From Elusimicrobiota bacterium (GTDB taxonomy: Bacteria; Elusimicrobiota; Endomicrobiia; Endomicrobiales; JBDRNC01), in NCBI GenBank assembly GCA_043811535.1, contig JBDRNC010000027.1, positions 21,283 to 85,282 on the forward strand: a DNA stretch of 64,000 bases, in the 5' to 3' direction. Below, piece by piece: positions 9,878 through 18,359 of the stretch (positions are counted from its first letter, which is position 1; each line of letters begins with the position of its first letter). Position numbers and translations under genes: made by a program. The notes under the pieces were generated by a model. It worked only from the letters and a program-made list of their open reading frames with translations. It had not been told where the DNA came from and made no database searches.

Positions 9878-9937
9878 TCAGCTTGCTGAGAACGTCTTAA
9901 TAATACTATCTCGCAAAGCGAGATAGTAGCTTCAATA

Positions 9938-9977
9938 AGAAAAGCCCCCAATTTTGAGAACTGGGGGCTTTTCTCTT
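9938..9977 (-). terminator. Rho-independent (probably bidirectional) terminator after the 703-aa gene
   Basis: AGAAAAGCCCCCA / TGGGGGCTTTTCT stem with A/T tails. Confidence 0.8.
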
Positions 9978-10003
9978 AAGATGTATCTAAAAACGTCTAC
10001 GAC

Positions 10004-12115
10004 TTAGAAGTGCAACACTGCCTGAAGCTGAATGTTCCTGTACGCATCGATGTCCAGTAATGATGATCTGGGAGTACCACCTGCCGTGACCGCTGAGTTG
10101 GCCATGTTGTCAAGTAGCGCGTTGCAGGCAAGCGTCAGGTTCTGGTTCACGTTCCACTGAATGCCGTAGGTGTAGAGGTTCTCGTTTGTTTCAGCGTAGG
10201 TAATCCTTTCCGAGGTCACGCCAGTCGTTGTAAGGAAGGACGTTGTTGTAAGCGTGGTTCCGCCCTGCGGAGTAGCCGCTGTTGACTGCGTGGATACCTT
10301 TGATTCCGAGTTGGTCGTGGTCTTTGTTTTGGTTATCAGGTAGTTCGTGCCGGCTCTGAAGATGAGCTTGTCCGCGACGCACGGTATTTCTATGCCGACG
10401 GGAATAGAATAGATGACTTCTTCTACCTTGGTTTTGCCGCACAACTCATCAGTATCCGTGTCCTGCCACGTTCCTTCGCCGAAACCGGTGTCAGTTCCGA
10501 ACGTTGCTCCGACCGGTCCGGGTATGTTTGCTAAGTTGACAGTTCCCGGGACATCCGCTGCGTTGCCGTCGCTGTATATGACGGTTCTCTGTTTTGTAAC
10601 TGATACCTTTGAGAAATCGTCAATTTTTGTGTTTGTGTAGATGAAACCGCCGAGTGCGAGCTTAAGGGCTTCCATCGCCTTGAACTCGATTTTCGTCCCG
10701 ACGTTGAGATTGGTCGTCGTGTTCTCGCCTTCGGTCTTTATGGTTTCCACATAGTTGTTAGACCAGATTCCCGTTTCTGCCACTGCCGCGGGATTAACGA
10801 TTCTCTTTACAGTGCTGAGCTCGTTTGTCTGGGAAGCGTCTATGGGCTGCTTCACAGTGTCGTAGTGGAAGATGCCTGTGACGTCCACTTTCTCGACTCC
10901 CGTATAGGTGCCCTGCGCTTCTATCATCGGGCCCATTCCGGTCCTCTTGTCAGAGAAGTCAGTTACAGCGGCGTTTCCAGCGGCGTGGTCCCAAATGCCG
11001 TTTGCCGTGAAGTTGCCAAGCGTCGGACCAGCGGCTTTGGTAAGCTGCGACTGGTTGATAAGCGAAGTGCCCGTATTGAAATACTGGGTTCCGCCGATGT
11101 TTGTATCGTCGATTGCGTCTATCTGCACTCCATTCTTTCTCAGCGAACCTTGCGCCGTGAAAGACGCGTCGAGGAGTCCGCCGGGATTGATCGTCGTTGC
11201 AAAGCGGGCGCCGAACGTGCCCTGAACCGTGAGGTTGTCAAGGACGCCGTATCTGCCCTGCATGGTAACGTCTGTCGCCCAGTTGGAGTTGAGGTCGGTT
11301 GTTTCGTCAAGATACGTAGCGGAGTAATTGTCGCCCAGGCGATTGCCGGCATTCATGCCGCCTGTCGTCGCGCCGAGGTCAGTAAGGTACGTCTGGGTGT
11401 AGCTTTTTGATCCGCCGCCGGTATAGACGATAGCGTCGCCCTGGTGCGCAAGGCCGAAACCGAGCGCAAGGCCGTTGATAAACATGTCGTTTTTGGCTAC
11501 GCCCACGTTCCACTGCGTGTTTCTTGTCCAGGTGTATCCCTTCATGTCTGCTTTCATGTTCCGCTGGCGGTCAACTTCAATTGAATCAACGACTACGTTG
11601 TCTTCGATGTTTTGCGTGCTTTCCGTGGTAAACTGATCTTCAAAGCCAGCCGCGCCGCCCATGTTTTGGTCGAGTTCTTCAAACGCTGCTTTTGCTCCGC
11701 AGTTCTGATAGACTATGCCTGCGCGTGAGCCTTCAATTCCGAATCCGCCGAGCGGATTGCCTACGACGCCCAAAAGCAGGTAATCGCTAAGAGCGCCTGC
11801 CGAATTTCCCCATGTCAACGCGGGAGCATTGGGTGTGGCGCCGTTCGTGAACGTGCCGTTGTTCCAGTTTCTCGCGTTTGACCATGCGGTGTAAAGATTG
11901 TTGCCCTCAAAGTCAAGCAGTTCAACAGGGTCAGCGGTGACGACATCAAGCTCGCTGTAGAACATTCCCTGTGTTGCCGCGCGCTGGAAAGAACCGAGGT
12001 TCATCTGCCCGAAAGCGCCGATGCCTCGCCAATTGTTCCAACGGGAAATCGGCAAATAAGCGAAGGTTGTTGAAGCCATCGCGACCACAAGTACAAGTGC
12101 CAATAGTTTTCTCAT
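10004..12115 (-). CDS. Probable major outer-membrane/surface protein
   Basis: Classic signal peptide, Thr/Gly/Asn-rich beta strands, terminal Phe. Has a strong AGGAGG RBS, its own consensus promoter and a terminator. Confidence 0.6.
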   Translation of the reverse strand: MRKLLALVLVVAMASTTFAYLPISRWNNWRGIGAFGQMNLGSFQRAATQGMFYSELDVVTADPVELLDFEGNNLYTAWSNARNWNNGTFTNGATPNAPALTWGNSAGALSDYLLLGVVGNPLGGFGIEGSRAGIVYQNCGAKAAFEELDQNMGGAAGFEDQFTTESTQNIEDNVVVDSIEVDRQRNMKADMKGYTWTRNTQWNVGVAKNDMFINGLALGFGLAHQGDAIVYTGGGSKSYTQTYLTDLGATTGGMNAGNRLGDNYSATYLDETTDLNSNWATDVTMQGRYGVLDNLTVQGTFGARFATTINPGGLLDASFTAQGSLRKNGVQIDAIDDTNIGGTQYFNTGTSLINQSQLTKAAGPTLGNFTANGIWDHAAGNAAVTDFSDKRTGMGPMIEAQGTYTGVEKVDVTGIFHYDTVKQPIDASQTNELSTVKRIVNPAAVAETGIWSNNYVETIKTEGENTTTNLNVGTKIEFKAMEALKLALGGFIYTNTKIDDFSKVSVTKQRTVIYSDGNAADVPGTVNLANIPGPVGATFGTDTGFGEGTWQDTDTDELCGKTKVEEVIYSIPVGIEIPCVADKLIFRAGTNYLITKTKTTTNSESKVSTQSTAATPQGGTTLTTTSFLTTTGVTSERITYAETNENLYTYGIQWNVNQNLTLACNALLDNMANSAVTAGGTPRSSLLDIDAYRNIQLQAVLHF

Positions 12116-12276
12116 TACTTCTCCTCCTATTTATTTTTTTGTTTCCCCATGATATATCGGGGAAACGTACTGCGTTGCTTCTTTAAAGTTTATGCCCTAA
12201 TTTGTTTTAATTCCCCGTTTCAGGTTCATCGCCTCCTTTCGGGGCATTAATTTGCTAACTTCATCTTGTTGCTGAA

Positions 12277-12305
12277 ATTCTATTAAAATCAGTTGCATTT
12301 GTCAA
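12277..12305 (-). promoter_or_regulatory. Sigma-70 promoter
   Basis: TTGACA-17 nt-TAGAAT on the minus strand. Confidence 0.75.
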
Positions 12306-12374
12306 GTGGTTTTATAAAAAATATTTACAATCGGCTTTTTAGAAGGAATTGGCTGTTTAGATTGAGTTTTAACG

Positions 12375-13073
12375 CTATTTCAGTTCTAATACGGGTTGTT
12401 GCTGCGAGGATTGTTGCGCCGGCAGGATAGAAATACGTTCCTGGGCCCGCTGCGACCAGGCCGAAGCGGGGTACAGCGTGGAGATTTTTTCATATACCGC
12501 TCTTGCTTCATTCACCGCGCCCGTCATCTCATGCACGCGCGCAAGCGATTCATAAACTTTCGGCGCGAGGAAGTGGTCGGGATACTTGTCCAGAAAAGTA
12601 TTATATGTGGCGGCGGCTTCCGGGTATTTCCCCTCGCTTTCCTGGATGGAACCCAGCGCGGCGAACGCGAGCGGAAGTATTTTCTTTGGTTTGCCTTCCA
12701 GGGTTACCGGTATAAGGACCTTTTCGGCTTCCTCGTAATTTTTCTGGCCGGCGAGAAAATCGGATTTTATTATGCGCGCCTTGTAGGAAATACCGCCGAC
12801 TGTGTAGGAGTTTATCACTTCGTCAAGAAGGCCCATGCCCTGCGCCGGCTGCCCCTGGTAAAGAAGCCCTTGCGCGACCGCGAGTTTTTCCTCGCCCCTT
12901 GCTTTGAGATTCTGCATGCGCACGACAAAAAACACCGCTATGATAACGATGCCAAGCGCGGTCGCGGAAATCCCGTAAACAAGATTCCGGTTGTTCTTGA
13001 ACCATTCAATGGCCTTTACTATTATTTCGGCAAGTTCGTTCTTATTTAAATTGTGACGCGTGAAATTATCCAT
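12375..13073 (-). CDS. Membrane-anchored TPR protein (YfgM-like)
   Basis: Single N-terminal TM helix followed by TPRs (YP.H.LAP, YP.SAW). Confidence 0.75.
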   Translation of the reverse strand: MDNFTRHNLNKNELAEIIVKAIEWFKNNRNLVYGISATALGIVIIAVFFVVRMQNLKARGEEKLAVAQGLLYQGQPAQGMGLLDEVINSYTVGGISYKARIIKSDFLAGQKNYEEAEKVLIPVTLEGKPKKILPLAFAALGSIQESEGKYPEAAATYNTFLDKYPDHFLAPKVYESLARVHEMTGAVNEARAVYEKISTLYPASAWSQRAQERISILPAQQSSQQQPVLELK

Positions 13074-13099
13074 GTAGTTTACGCTCCTTTGCTAATGGC

Positions 13100-13150
13100 A
13101 ATTGAAAGATTAAAAGATTGCAAAGATTGAAAGATTCAAGACTTCAAAAT
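13100..13150. repeat. 8-nt periodic AAAGATTG array, orphan arm
   Basis: About five units: tgaaagat taaaagat tgcaaagat tgaaagat tcaagac. Confidence 0.75.
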
Positions 13151-13794
13151 TACAACTTCCGAATCAACCTAATTGAGTTACTTAACATTACTTTGTAATC
13201 AGTCATACGCAGCCCGCTCATTTTTATTGTAGATCTGATAATTTCCGGTGTCATCAGGTTTTCCGGCGTGTGAGTATCCGTATTGAGAACCAGCTTTGCG
13301 CCGGTTTTCAACGCGAGTTTTGCCACGTGTCTGTTGCCTTTGTCATGCCCGCGCCTTGTAGTTATTTCAAGACAGACATTTTTTTGTTTCGCCAGTTTGG
13401 CATCGCTTTCTTTAATATATCCGGGATGGGCAAGTATGTCCGCGCCCGAAAGGATTGCCGCGCGGTTTGTGCCCGGAGGGACGTTTTCAGCCGGGGTTTC
13501 CCCGTGTATGACGATGATCTTAGCGCCTAGTTTCCTGCAGGCCTTGACAGCTTTTCTTATCAATGCCGGCGGGACGTACGTTATCTCTATTCCGGGAAGG
13601 GCTTTCAGTCCGTAGTTTTTTGACAATTCGCCGGTTATCCGTTTTATCCGCGGAATAATAAAGTCAAAATTTGAGAAATCACCGTGGTCGGTGATCGCTA
13701 TTGCGGAATAGCCCTTTACCTTGGCGCGGTAAACCAGTTCCGATGGAAGCAGAACGCCGTCTGAATACAATGAATGAGTGTGTAAATCGATCAT
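13150..13794 (-). CDS. PHP-family phosphoesterase (histidinol-phosphatase-like)
   Basis: Metal-binding motifs IDLHTHS, AITDH, HPG and NTDTH. Confidence 0.9.
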   Translation of the reverse strand: MIDLHTHSLYSDGVLLPSELVYRAKVKGYSAIAITDHGDFSNFDFIIPRIKRITGELSKNYGLKALPGIEITYVPPALIRKAVKACRKLGAKIIVIHGETPAENVPPGTNRAAILSGADILAHPGYIKESDAKLAKQKNVCLEITTRRGHDKGNRHVAKLALKTGAKLVLNTDTHTPENLMTPEIIRSTIKMSGLRMTDYKVMLSNSIRLIRKL

Positions 13795-13858
13795 ATTGAT
13801 TCAATTATAAGATTACAAAGATTGAAAGATTTAAAGATTACGGCAAAACAACTAAAAA

Positions 13859-14227
13859 TCATTTCAAGTGTTTCTTTAGATACTTTACAAAATTTGAGAT
13901 TTGTTGAGAAATCAGTAAAATCTGCCTGACAGTTTCGTTAAATTCTCTTTCTGTGATATAACCGATGTCGTAAGTCAAGTATAATTGAGCCCTTAATTCT
14001 CCAGCCGAACCCTTTGCGTAATTCAGAAAATTGACGAATTCCTTGTTGCTCTGTCTTTCAAAGCCTTCTGCAATGTTTGATAAGATTGAAGCTGATGCCC
14101 TTTGAATTTGTTCTTTCAAACCAAAATCTTTTTTAAACTTTTCTTTTGAAGTCAAAGAATAAATGTTTTTAGCAAGTATTCTCGCGTCTTGCCAAACCGG
14201 CAAATCCTCAAATTTTTTGATAAGCAT
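13859..14227 (-). CDS. Four helix bundle protein (second subtype)
   Basis: Motif FEDLPVWQ...QIQRASASILSNIAEGFER...AKGSAGELRAQL. Flanked by inverted AAAGATTG arms (13805-13850 / 14239-14330). Confidence 0.93.
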   Translation of the reverse strand: MLIKKFEDLPVWQDARILAKNIYSLTSKEKFKKDFGLKEQIQRASASILSNIAEGFERQSNKEFVNFLNYAKGSAGELRAQLYLTYDIGYITEREFNETVRQILLISQQISNFVKYLKKHLK

Positions 14228-14340
14228 TATAAAGCCCCCAATCTTTATAATTTTTCAATCGTTTGAAGCCGTAAGTCGTGAGTTGTTTATTTGTAATCTT
14301 TCAAACTTTCCAATCTTTCAATCTTTTAATGTTACTGAAA

Positions 14341-14414
14341 CGCCCCGGGAGGGACTTGAACCCCCAGCCTTGTCCTTAGGACGGACCTGCTCTATCCAAT
14401 TGAGCTACCAGGGC
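14341..14414 (-). tRNA. tRNA-Arg(CCT)
   Basis: GCCCTGG/CCGGGGC acceptor stem, D-arm GCTCAATTGGATAGAGC, anticodon loop gtCCTaa, GGTTCAAGTCC T-arm. CCA not encoded. Confidence 0.88.
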
Positions 14415-14698
14415 AATACATGTTCGGGCGTTTTAAAAATCTCAATCCCCGGGCGCTCACCGGCTCGCGCCCGTTGCTTGCTCGTTCCGGCTTATTCGCC
14501 GGAACAGCAACCCTTAGGACGGACCTGCTCTATCTCCGCCGCGGCGGAAGCTACCAGGGCAATACATGTTCGGGCGTTTTAAAAATCTCAATCCCCGGGC
14601 GCTCACCGGCTCGCGCCCGTTGCTTGCTCGTTCCGGCTTATTCGCCGGAACAGCAACCCTTAGGACGGACCTGCTCTATCCAATTGAGCTACCAGGGC
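14415..14698 (-). repeat. Tandem array of two tRNA-Arg 5' halves, each followed by an identical 97-nt structured spacer
   Basis: Half copies at 14512-14560 and 14658-14698. Spacers 14415-14511 and 14561-14657 are identical. Confidence 0.9.
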
Positions 14699-14705
14699 AA
14701 TTGAG

Positions 14706-14826
14706 ACTATTTAAAGATTTAATGATTGAAAGATTGAAAATATTGCGAAAGAGCATAATGACCAATACTCTTATTTTGTCGTTTTTAGTAATCTTTAAAT
14801 CTTTTAATCTTTCAATCTTGCAATTT
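14706..14826. repeat. Empty (ORF-less) AAAGATTG inverted element
   Basis: ttaaagatttaatgattgaaagattg ... aatctttaaatcttttaatctttcaatcttgcaat. Confidence 0.8.
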
Positions 14827-15350
14827 TAGTATTTAATAAGCGAGAAGATGTCGTAATTCTTGAGCTTGTCGCGGCCCTTTAGGAATTCAAGTTCTATGAG
14901 AAACGCTACGCCGACAATGTCCGCTCCGAGTTTTTTTGCAAGATCTATCGTCGCGCTCATCGTGCCGCCTGTCGCGAGCAGGTCGTCAACTATCAAAACT
15001 TTTTCTTTCGGGGTTACCCCGTCTTCGTGCATTTCAAGCGTGTCCGTGCCGTATTCGAGCTGGTACGTAGCGGAGATGGTCTTGTAGGGGAGTTTCCCTT
15101 TTTTCCTGATAGGCACGACTCCCGCTCCGAGCTTGTAAGCGACGGCCGAGCCGATAATGAAACCGCGTGATTCGATGCCGACAACTTTTGTAATGCCTTT
15201 GTTTTTGTATTGATCAGCTATTTCGTCTATGGCGTGGCGGAATAGCTCGCCCTTGGCAAGAAGCGTCGTAATGTCCTTGAATATGATGCCCTTCTTAGGA
15301 AAATCCGGGACGTCGCGTATAGAGGATTTCAGATCGAATTTTTCTGTCAT
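14826..15350 (-). CDS. apt: Adenine phosphoribosyltransferase
   Basis: Motifs [27 protein letters not shown] and [10 protein letters not shown]. Confidence 0.97.
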   Translation of the reverse strand: MTEKFDLKSSIRDVPDFPKKGIIFKDITTLLAKGELFRHAIDEIADQYKNKGITKVVGIESRGFIIGSAVAYKLGAGVVPIRKKGKLPYKTISATYQLEYGTDTLEMHEDGVTPKEKVLIVDDLLATGGTMSATIDLAKKLGADIVGVAFLIELEFLKGRDKLKNYDIFSLIKY

Positions 15351-16198
15351 GCTTTTTCTCCCTCCCAATCAATAAGTTTCATGCGCAAAGCGATAGATTT
15401 CAGTCTTTGAAGCGCGCGCTCTTCAAGCTGCCTTACCCTCTCCCTTGACAGCCTGAATTTTTTCCCGACTTCCTCAAGCGAGTGCGCCTGCTTTTTTACA
15501 TTGAGCCCGAAGCGCATTTCGATTATCTTGCGTTCTCTCGGAGACAGATGAACGAGCGCCTGGCCGATTTCCGAGTGAAGGCGCAGGAGTTCCGATATCG
15601 ATTCGGGCGTTCCGCCTTTTTTGTCCGAGATTATATCCCTGATCAGGATGTTTCCTTCTTCGTCTATCGGCGTTTCAAGCGAGCTTGTCCCTTGCGAAAT
15701 CTTGGCGGCGCTGAGCAGACTCTGTATCTGGCTGACCGAAAGATGCAGTTTTTTCGCCATTTCAACCATCGTGGGATTACGTCCGAGTTTCGCCTGAAGC
15801 GGTCCCATGTTCTTAAGCCATTTATGTATCGCGTCCCAGACATGCGGCGGTATGCGGATAGTTTTAGCCTGCTCCTCTACGGATCTTCTCACCGCCTGGT
15901 CTATCCAGTACGTGGCGTACGTGGAAAAATGTATTTTTCTGTGCGGGTTGAATTTTTCAACCGCGCGGATCAGCCCCATGTTGCCTTCTTCTATAAGATC
16001 AAGGAAATCCAGCCCGGGTTTAAAATACTTTTTCGCGATAGGGATGACCAGGCGCAGGTTCGCTTCGACAAGAGTCTTCTGGGACTTTTTGTCGCCGTTA
16101 TGCGCCTTCTTCCAGAGCTCTTTTGTCTGCTCGGGTGAAAGGATTTCCATCTTCTTGATTTCTCTGAAATACAGCTGTACCGGATCGAATTTTTCCAT
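15347..16198 (-). CDS. Sigma-70 family sigma factor (RpoD/RpoS-like, no region 1.1)
   Basis: Motifs [33 protein letters not shown] and SRERVRQLE. Confidence 0.93.
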   Translation of the reverse strand: MEKFDPVQLYFREIKKMEILSPEQTKELWKKAHNGDKKSQKTLVEANLRLVIPIAKKYFKPGLDFLDLIEEGNMGLIRAVEKFNPHRKIHFSTYATYWIDQAVRRSVEEQAKTIRIPPHVWDAIHKWLKNMGPLQAKLGRNPTMVEMAKKLHLSVSQIQSLLSAAKISQGTSSLETPIDEEGNILIRDIISDKKGGTPESISELLRLHSEIGQALVHLSPRERKIIEMRFGLNVKKQAHSLEEVGKKFRLSRERVRQLEERALQRLKSIALRMKLIDWEGEKA

Positions 16199-16214
16199 GT
16201 TTTTCAGATTCCTT

Positions 16215-16508
16215 TCAAAAAATTATTTTAAAATCGGATTTCTTGGCGTTATACGCTGTCAAAGGTTCAATATTGATTTTATCGACGCGCGCCCATGAAT
16301 GTTTCTTTTGTACGGCGTCGAGGAAACTTTCAAGCGCTTCCTTGTTCCCTTCGGCTTCAAGCTCAACGTCGCTGTTCGGGAGATTCTTCACCCAGCCGTC
16401 TATGTTCATGTCAGCGGCGGTTTTTTGAACGAACCATCTGAACCCGATGCCCTGCACCTCGCCGCTGATAACCGCGTGAACCCTTTGTTTCCCGTTTTGA
16501 ACCTTCAT
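16215..16508 (-). CDS. acyP: Acylphosphatase
   Basis: Motif [10 protein letters not shown]...GWVKN. Confidence 0.95.
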   Translation of the reverse strand: MKVQNGKQRVHAVISGEVQGIGFRWFVQKTAADMNIDGWVKNLPNSDVELEAEGNKEALESFLDAVQKKHSWARVDKINIEPLTAYNAKKSDFKIIF

Positions 16509-16514
16509 AATATT

Positions 16515-17177
16515 CTATACAACAATAGTTATCCCGAATATGAAATTATTGAACATTACGTTGCTGATATGAGTGAAATCCTGAAGGAAAAGATCCAGTT
16601 TCATTTCCGGCGAAAGAAGAAAACGCCAGCCGAGGTTGCAAATATTCTTTTCGGGCTCGAATTCCAGTATTGCCTGCTGCCACGTCAGGGACTCGGTTAT
16701 CGCAAAAAAAGTTTCCGTTTCCCTTCTATTCCACGCCACTCCGCCCTGCGCGGTAATAGAATGGAAATTCCTAAAAAACTTCCCGCCCGCAAGATAAATG
16801 GTATCGCGGTGGGTGCCGAGCGACACATCAAGAGGATGTTCTTCTTCCCGGAGTATCCGCAGTTTAGAGGTCAGGAATACCTCGTCCATCTTGCGCTCGA
16901 TGTTCGGTTGATCGAAAGCGGGCATGGACGATATTTCTTTTAGGTTGAAGTTCAGCCCGGCTTCGAAATCCCGGAAAAACCCGTAATTTATTCCGCATAT
17001 GAATCTGTGCAGTCCGAAGCTTACCATGTTTTTAGGCATCACCCGCGTGGAAAAAGTATGGATGTAACCGGTGGAACCCTTAAGGCTTTGGGCCTCAGTG
17101 AAATACTGGTAGTTTTCGCTGGCGGACAGGTTTTGCGAAAGAACGAGAAAAAATGCTGATAAAATTATTTTCTTCAT
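16515..17177 (-). CDS. Exported hypothetical protein, possible small beta-barrel
   Basis: Signal peptide and aromatic-rich strands. Fits in the operon. Confidence 0.55.
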   Translation of the reverse strand: MKKIILSAFFLVLSQNLSASENYQYFTEAQSLKGSTGYIHTFSTRVMPKNMVSFGLHRFICGINYGFFRDFEAGLNFNLKEISSMPAFDQPNIERKMDEVFLTSKLRILREEEHPLDVSLGTHRDTIYLAGGKFFRNFHSITAQGGVAWNRRETETFFAITESLTWQQAILEFEPEKNICNLGWRFLLSPEMKLDLFLQDFTHISNVMFNNFIFGITIVV

Positions 17178-17223
17178 AAACCCACTGCTGAAAAATCAGG
17201 GCCCCAATAATTTTAAATTAAAA

Positions 17224-17325
17224 TGGTCGGGGCGACTGGACTTGCCGAACACAACTTCAAAAATTTAATTGCCTCATGTAAGGTCCCCGCCGCGGCGGGG
17301 AAACCAGCGGCCTCACGGTCCCGAA
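17224..17325 (-). pseudogene. Duplicated 3' half of tRNA-Pro(CGG) with CCA, interrupted in the T-loop by 57 nt
   Basis: 17224-17244 and 17302-17325 match the tRNA. The insert at 17245-17301 ends in TCCCCGCCGCGGCGGGGA. Confidence 0.8.
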
Positions 17326-17342
17326 GTATTCAGTTCACAGAA

Positions 17343-17416
17343 TCGGGGCGACTGGACTTGAACCAGCGGCCTCACGGTCCCGAACCGTGCGCTCTAGCCA
17401 ACTGAGCTACGCCCCG
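17343..17416 (-). tRNA. tRNA-Pro(CGG)
   Basis: CGGGGCG acceptor, CACGG-ttCGGga-CCGTG anticodon arm, GGTTCAAGTCC T-arm. Confidence 0.95.
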
Positions 17417-17611
17417 ATTCTGTAGACTTTATTGTAGCCGAACCGTGCGCAAAATGGACTTGGTAAAAATATTCGGGAACAAATGACAAAGAACAAAACG
17501 ACCAACAATAATGTAACTAAACCGAAGTACCCGTTAGGGTATACGAGATAGGGTCTTATGCAATTCGAATGAGAATTCTACTAAATTACGACACAATTTT
17601 CAACTATAAAA

Positions 17612-17718
17612 TGCAGCAATTAGTTATTTGCCATTTGCAATTAGTTGTTTAAAGATATTTCCGGCTGTGGAATTTTCACTAATTGCCCCGCCGCGGCGGG
17701 CTATTCGCTAATTGCTGT
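17612..17718. repeat. 7-nt CAATTAG inverted array with an inserted CCCGCCGCGGCGGG
   Basis: The right arm matches the reverse complement of 47645-47680 except for the palindrome at 17687-17700 and one substitution. Confidence 0.75.
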
Positions 17719-17720
17719 CG

Positions 17721-18359
17721 TCAAGTCGAGTATTCCCCCACAAGAGGCACGAAGACGCAGCCGCCGTAGAATTTCTTGATTATTTTCCCCTTTTCCTTTT
17801 CCACGATGGTGAGTTCCTGCGAGAAAGTCTCGCCCACGGGAATTACAAGTCTTCCGCCTTCGGCGAGCTGTTCGATGAAAAGCGGCGGTATCTCTCTTGC
17901 GGCCGCTGTCACGATAATCTTATCGAACGGGGCTTTTTCGGCCCAGCCGGCGGTTCCGTCGCCGATTCTGTAATTGATGTTTTTATATCCTATGCCGTCA
18001 AGCGTGTTTCTTGCCTTCTGCGAAAGCGGCTCAATTTTTTCCACGGTATTGACTTCGCCGCCGAGTTCCGCGAGAATTGCCGTCTGGTAGCCGGAACCCG
18101 TGCCTATTTCCAGGATTTTATCGCCTTTTTTGATTTTCAGAAGTTCGGTCATTATGGCGGCCATGAAGGGCTGGGATATCGTCTGTCCTTCGCCTATCGG
18201 CAGCGGATGGTCGTCATATGCTTCCCGTGAAAATCTCTCCGGAACGAAAAGAGAGCGAGGGACTTTAAGGAAGGCGTCAAGCACGGTATTATCGGAAATC
18301 CCGCGCGGGAGGAGCTGTGTCCGGACCATTTCTGCGGCCGCGTCATTATTATCTTTCAT
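17721..18359 (-). CDS. pcm: Protein-L-isoaspartate O-methyltransferase
   Basis: Motifs PLPIGEGQTISQP, LEIGTGSGYQTA and FVPLVG. Confidence 0.97.
   Translation of the reverse strand: MKDNNDAAAEMVRTQLLPRGISDNTVLDAFLKVPRSLFVPERFSREAYDDHPLPIGEGQTISQPFMAAIMTELLKIKKGDKILEIGTGSGYQTAILAELGGEVNTVEKIEPLSQKARNTLDGIGYKNINYRIGDGTAGWAEKAPFDKIIVTAAAREIPPLFIEQLAEGGRLVIPVGETFSQELTIVEKEKGKIIKKFYGGCVFVPLVGEYST

Noticed and set aside
6800..14227. Diversity-generating retroelement suggested by Avd-like four-helix proteins
   Set aside because: No reverse transcriptase and no TR/VR pair with adenine-specific differences in the window. Differences between the 58-62 kb paralogs are not A-specific.
14374..14698. Possible CRISPR array
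   Set aside because: The spacers are identical, the repeat is a tRNA half, and no cas genes are present.
14420..14829. Duplicated plus-strand ORFs MFGRFKNLNPR...
   Set aside because: They are by-products of the tRNA-half tandem array and lie antisense to the tRNA.
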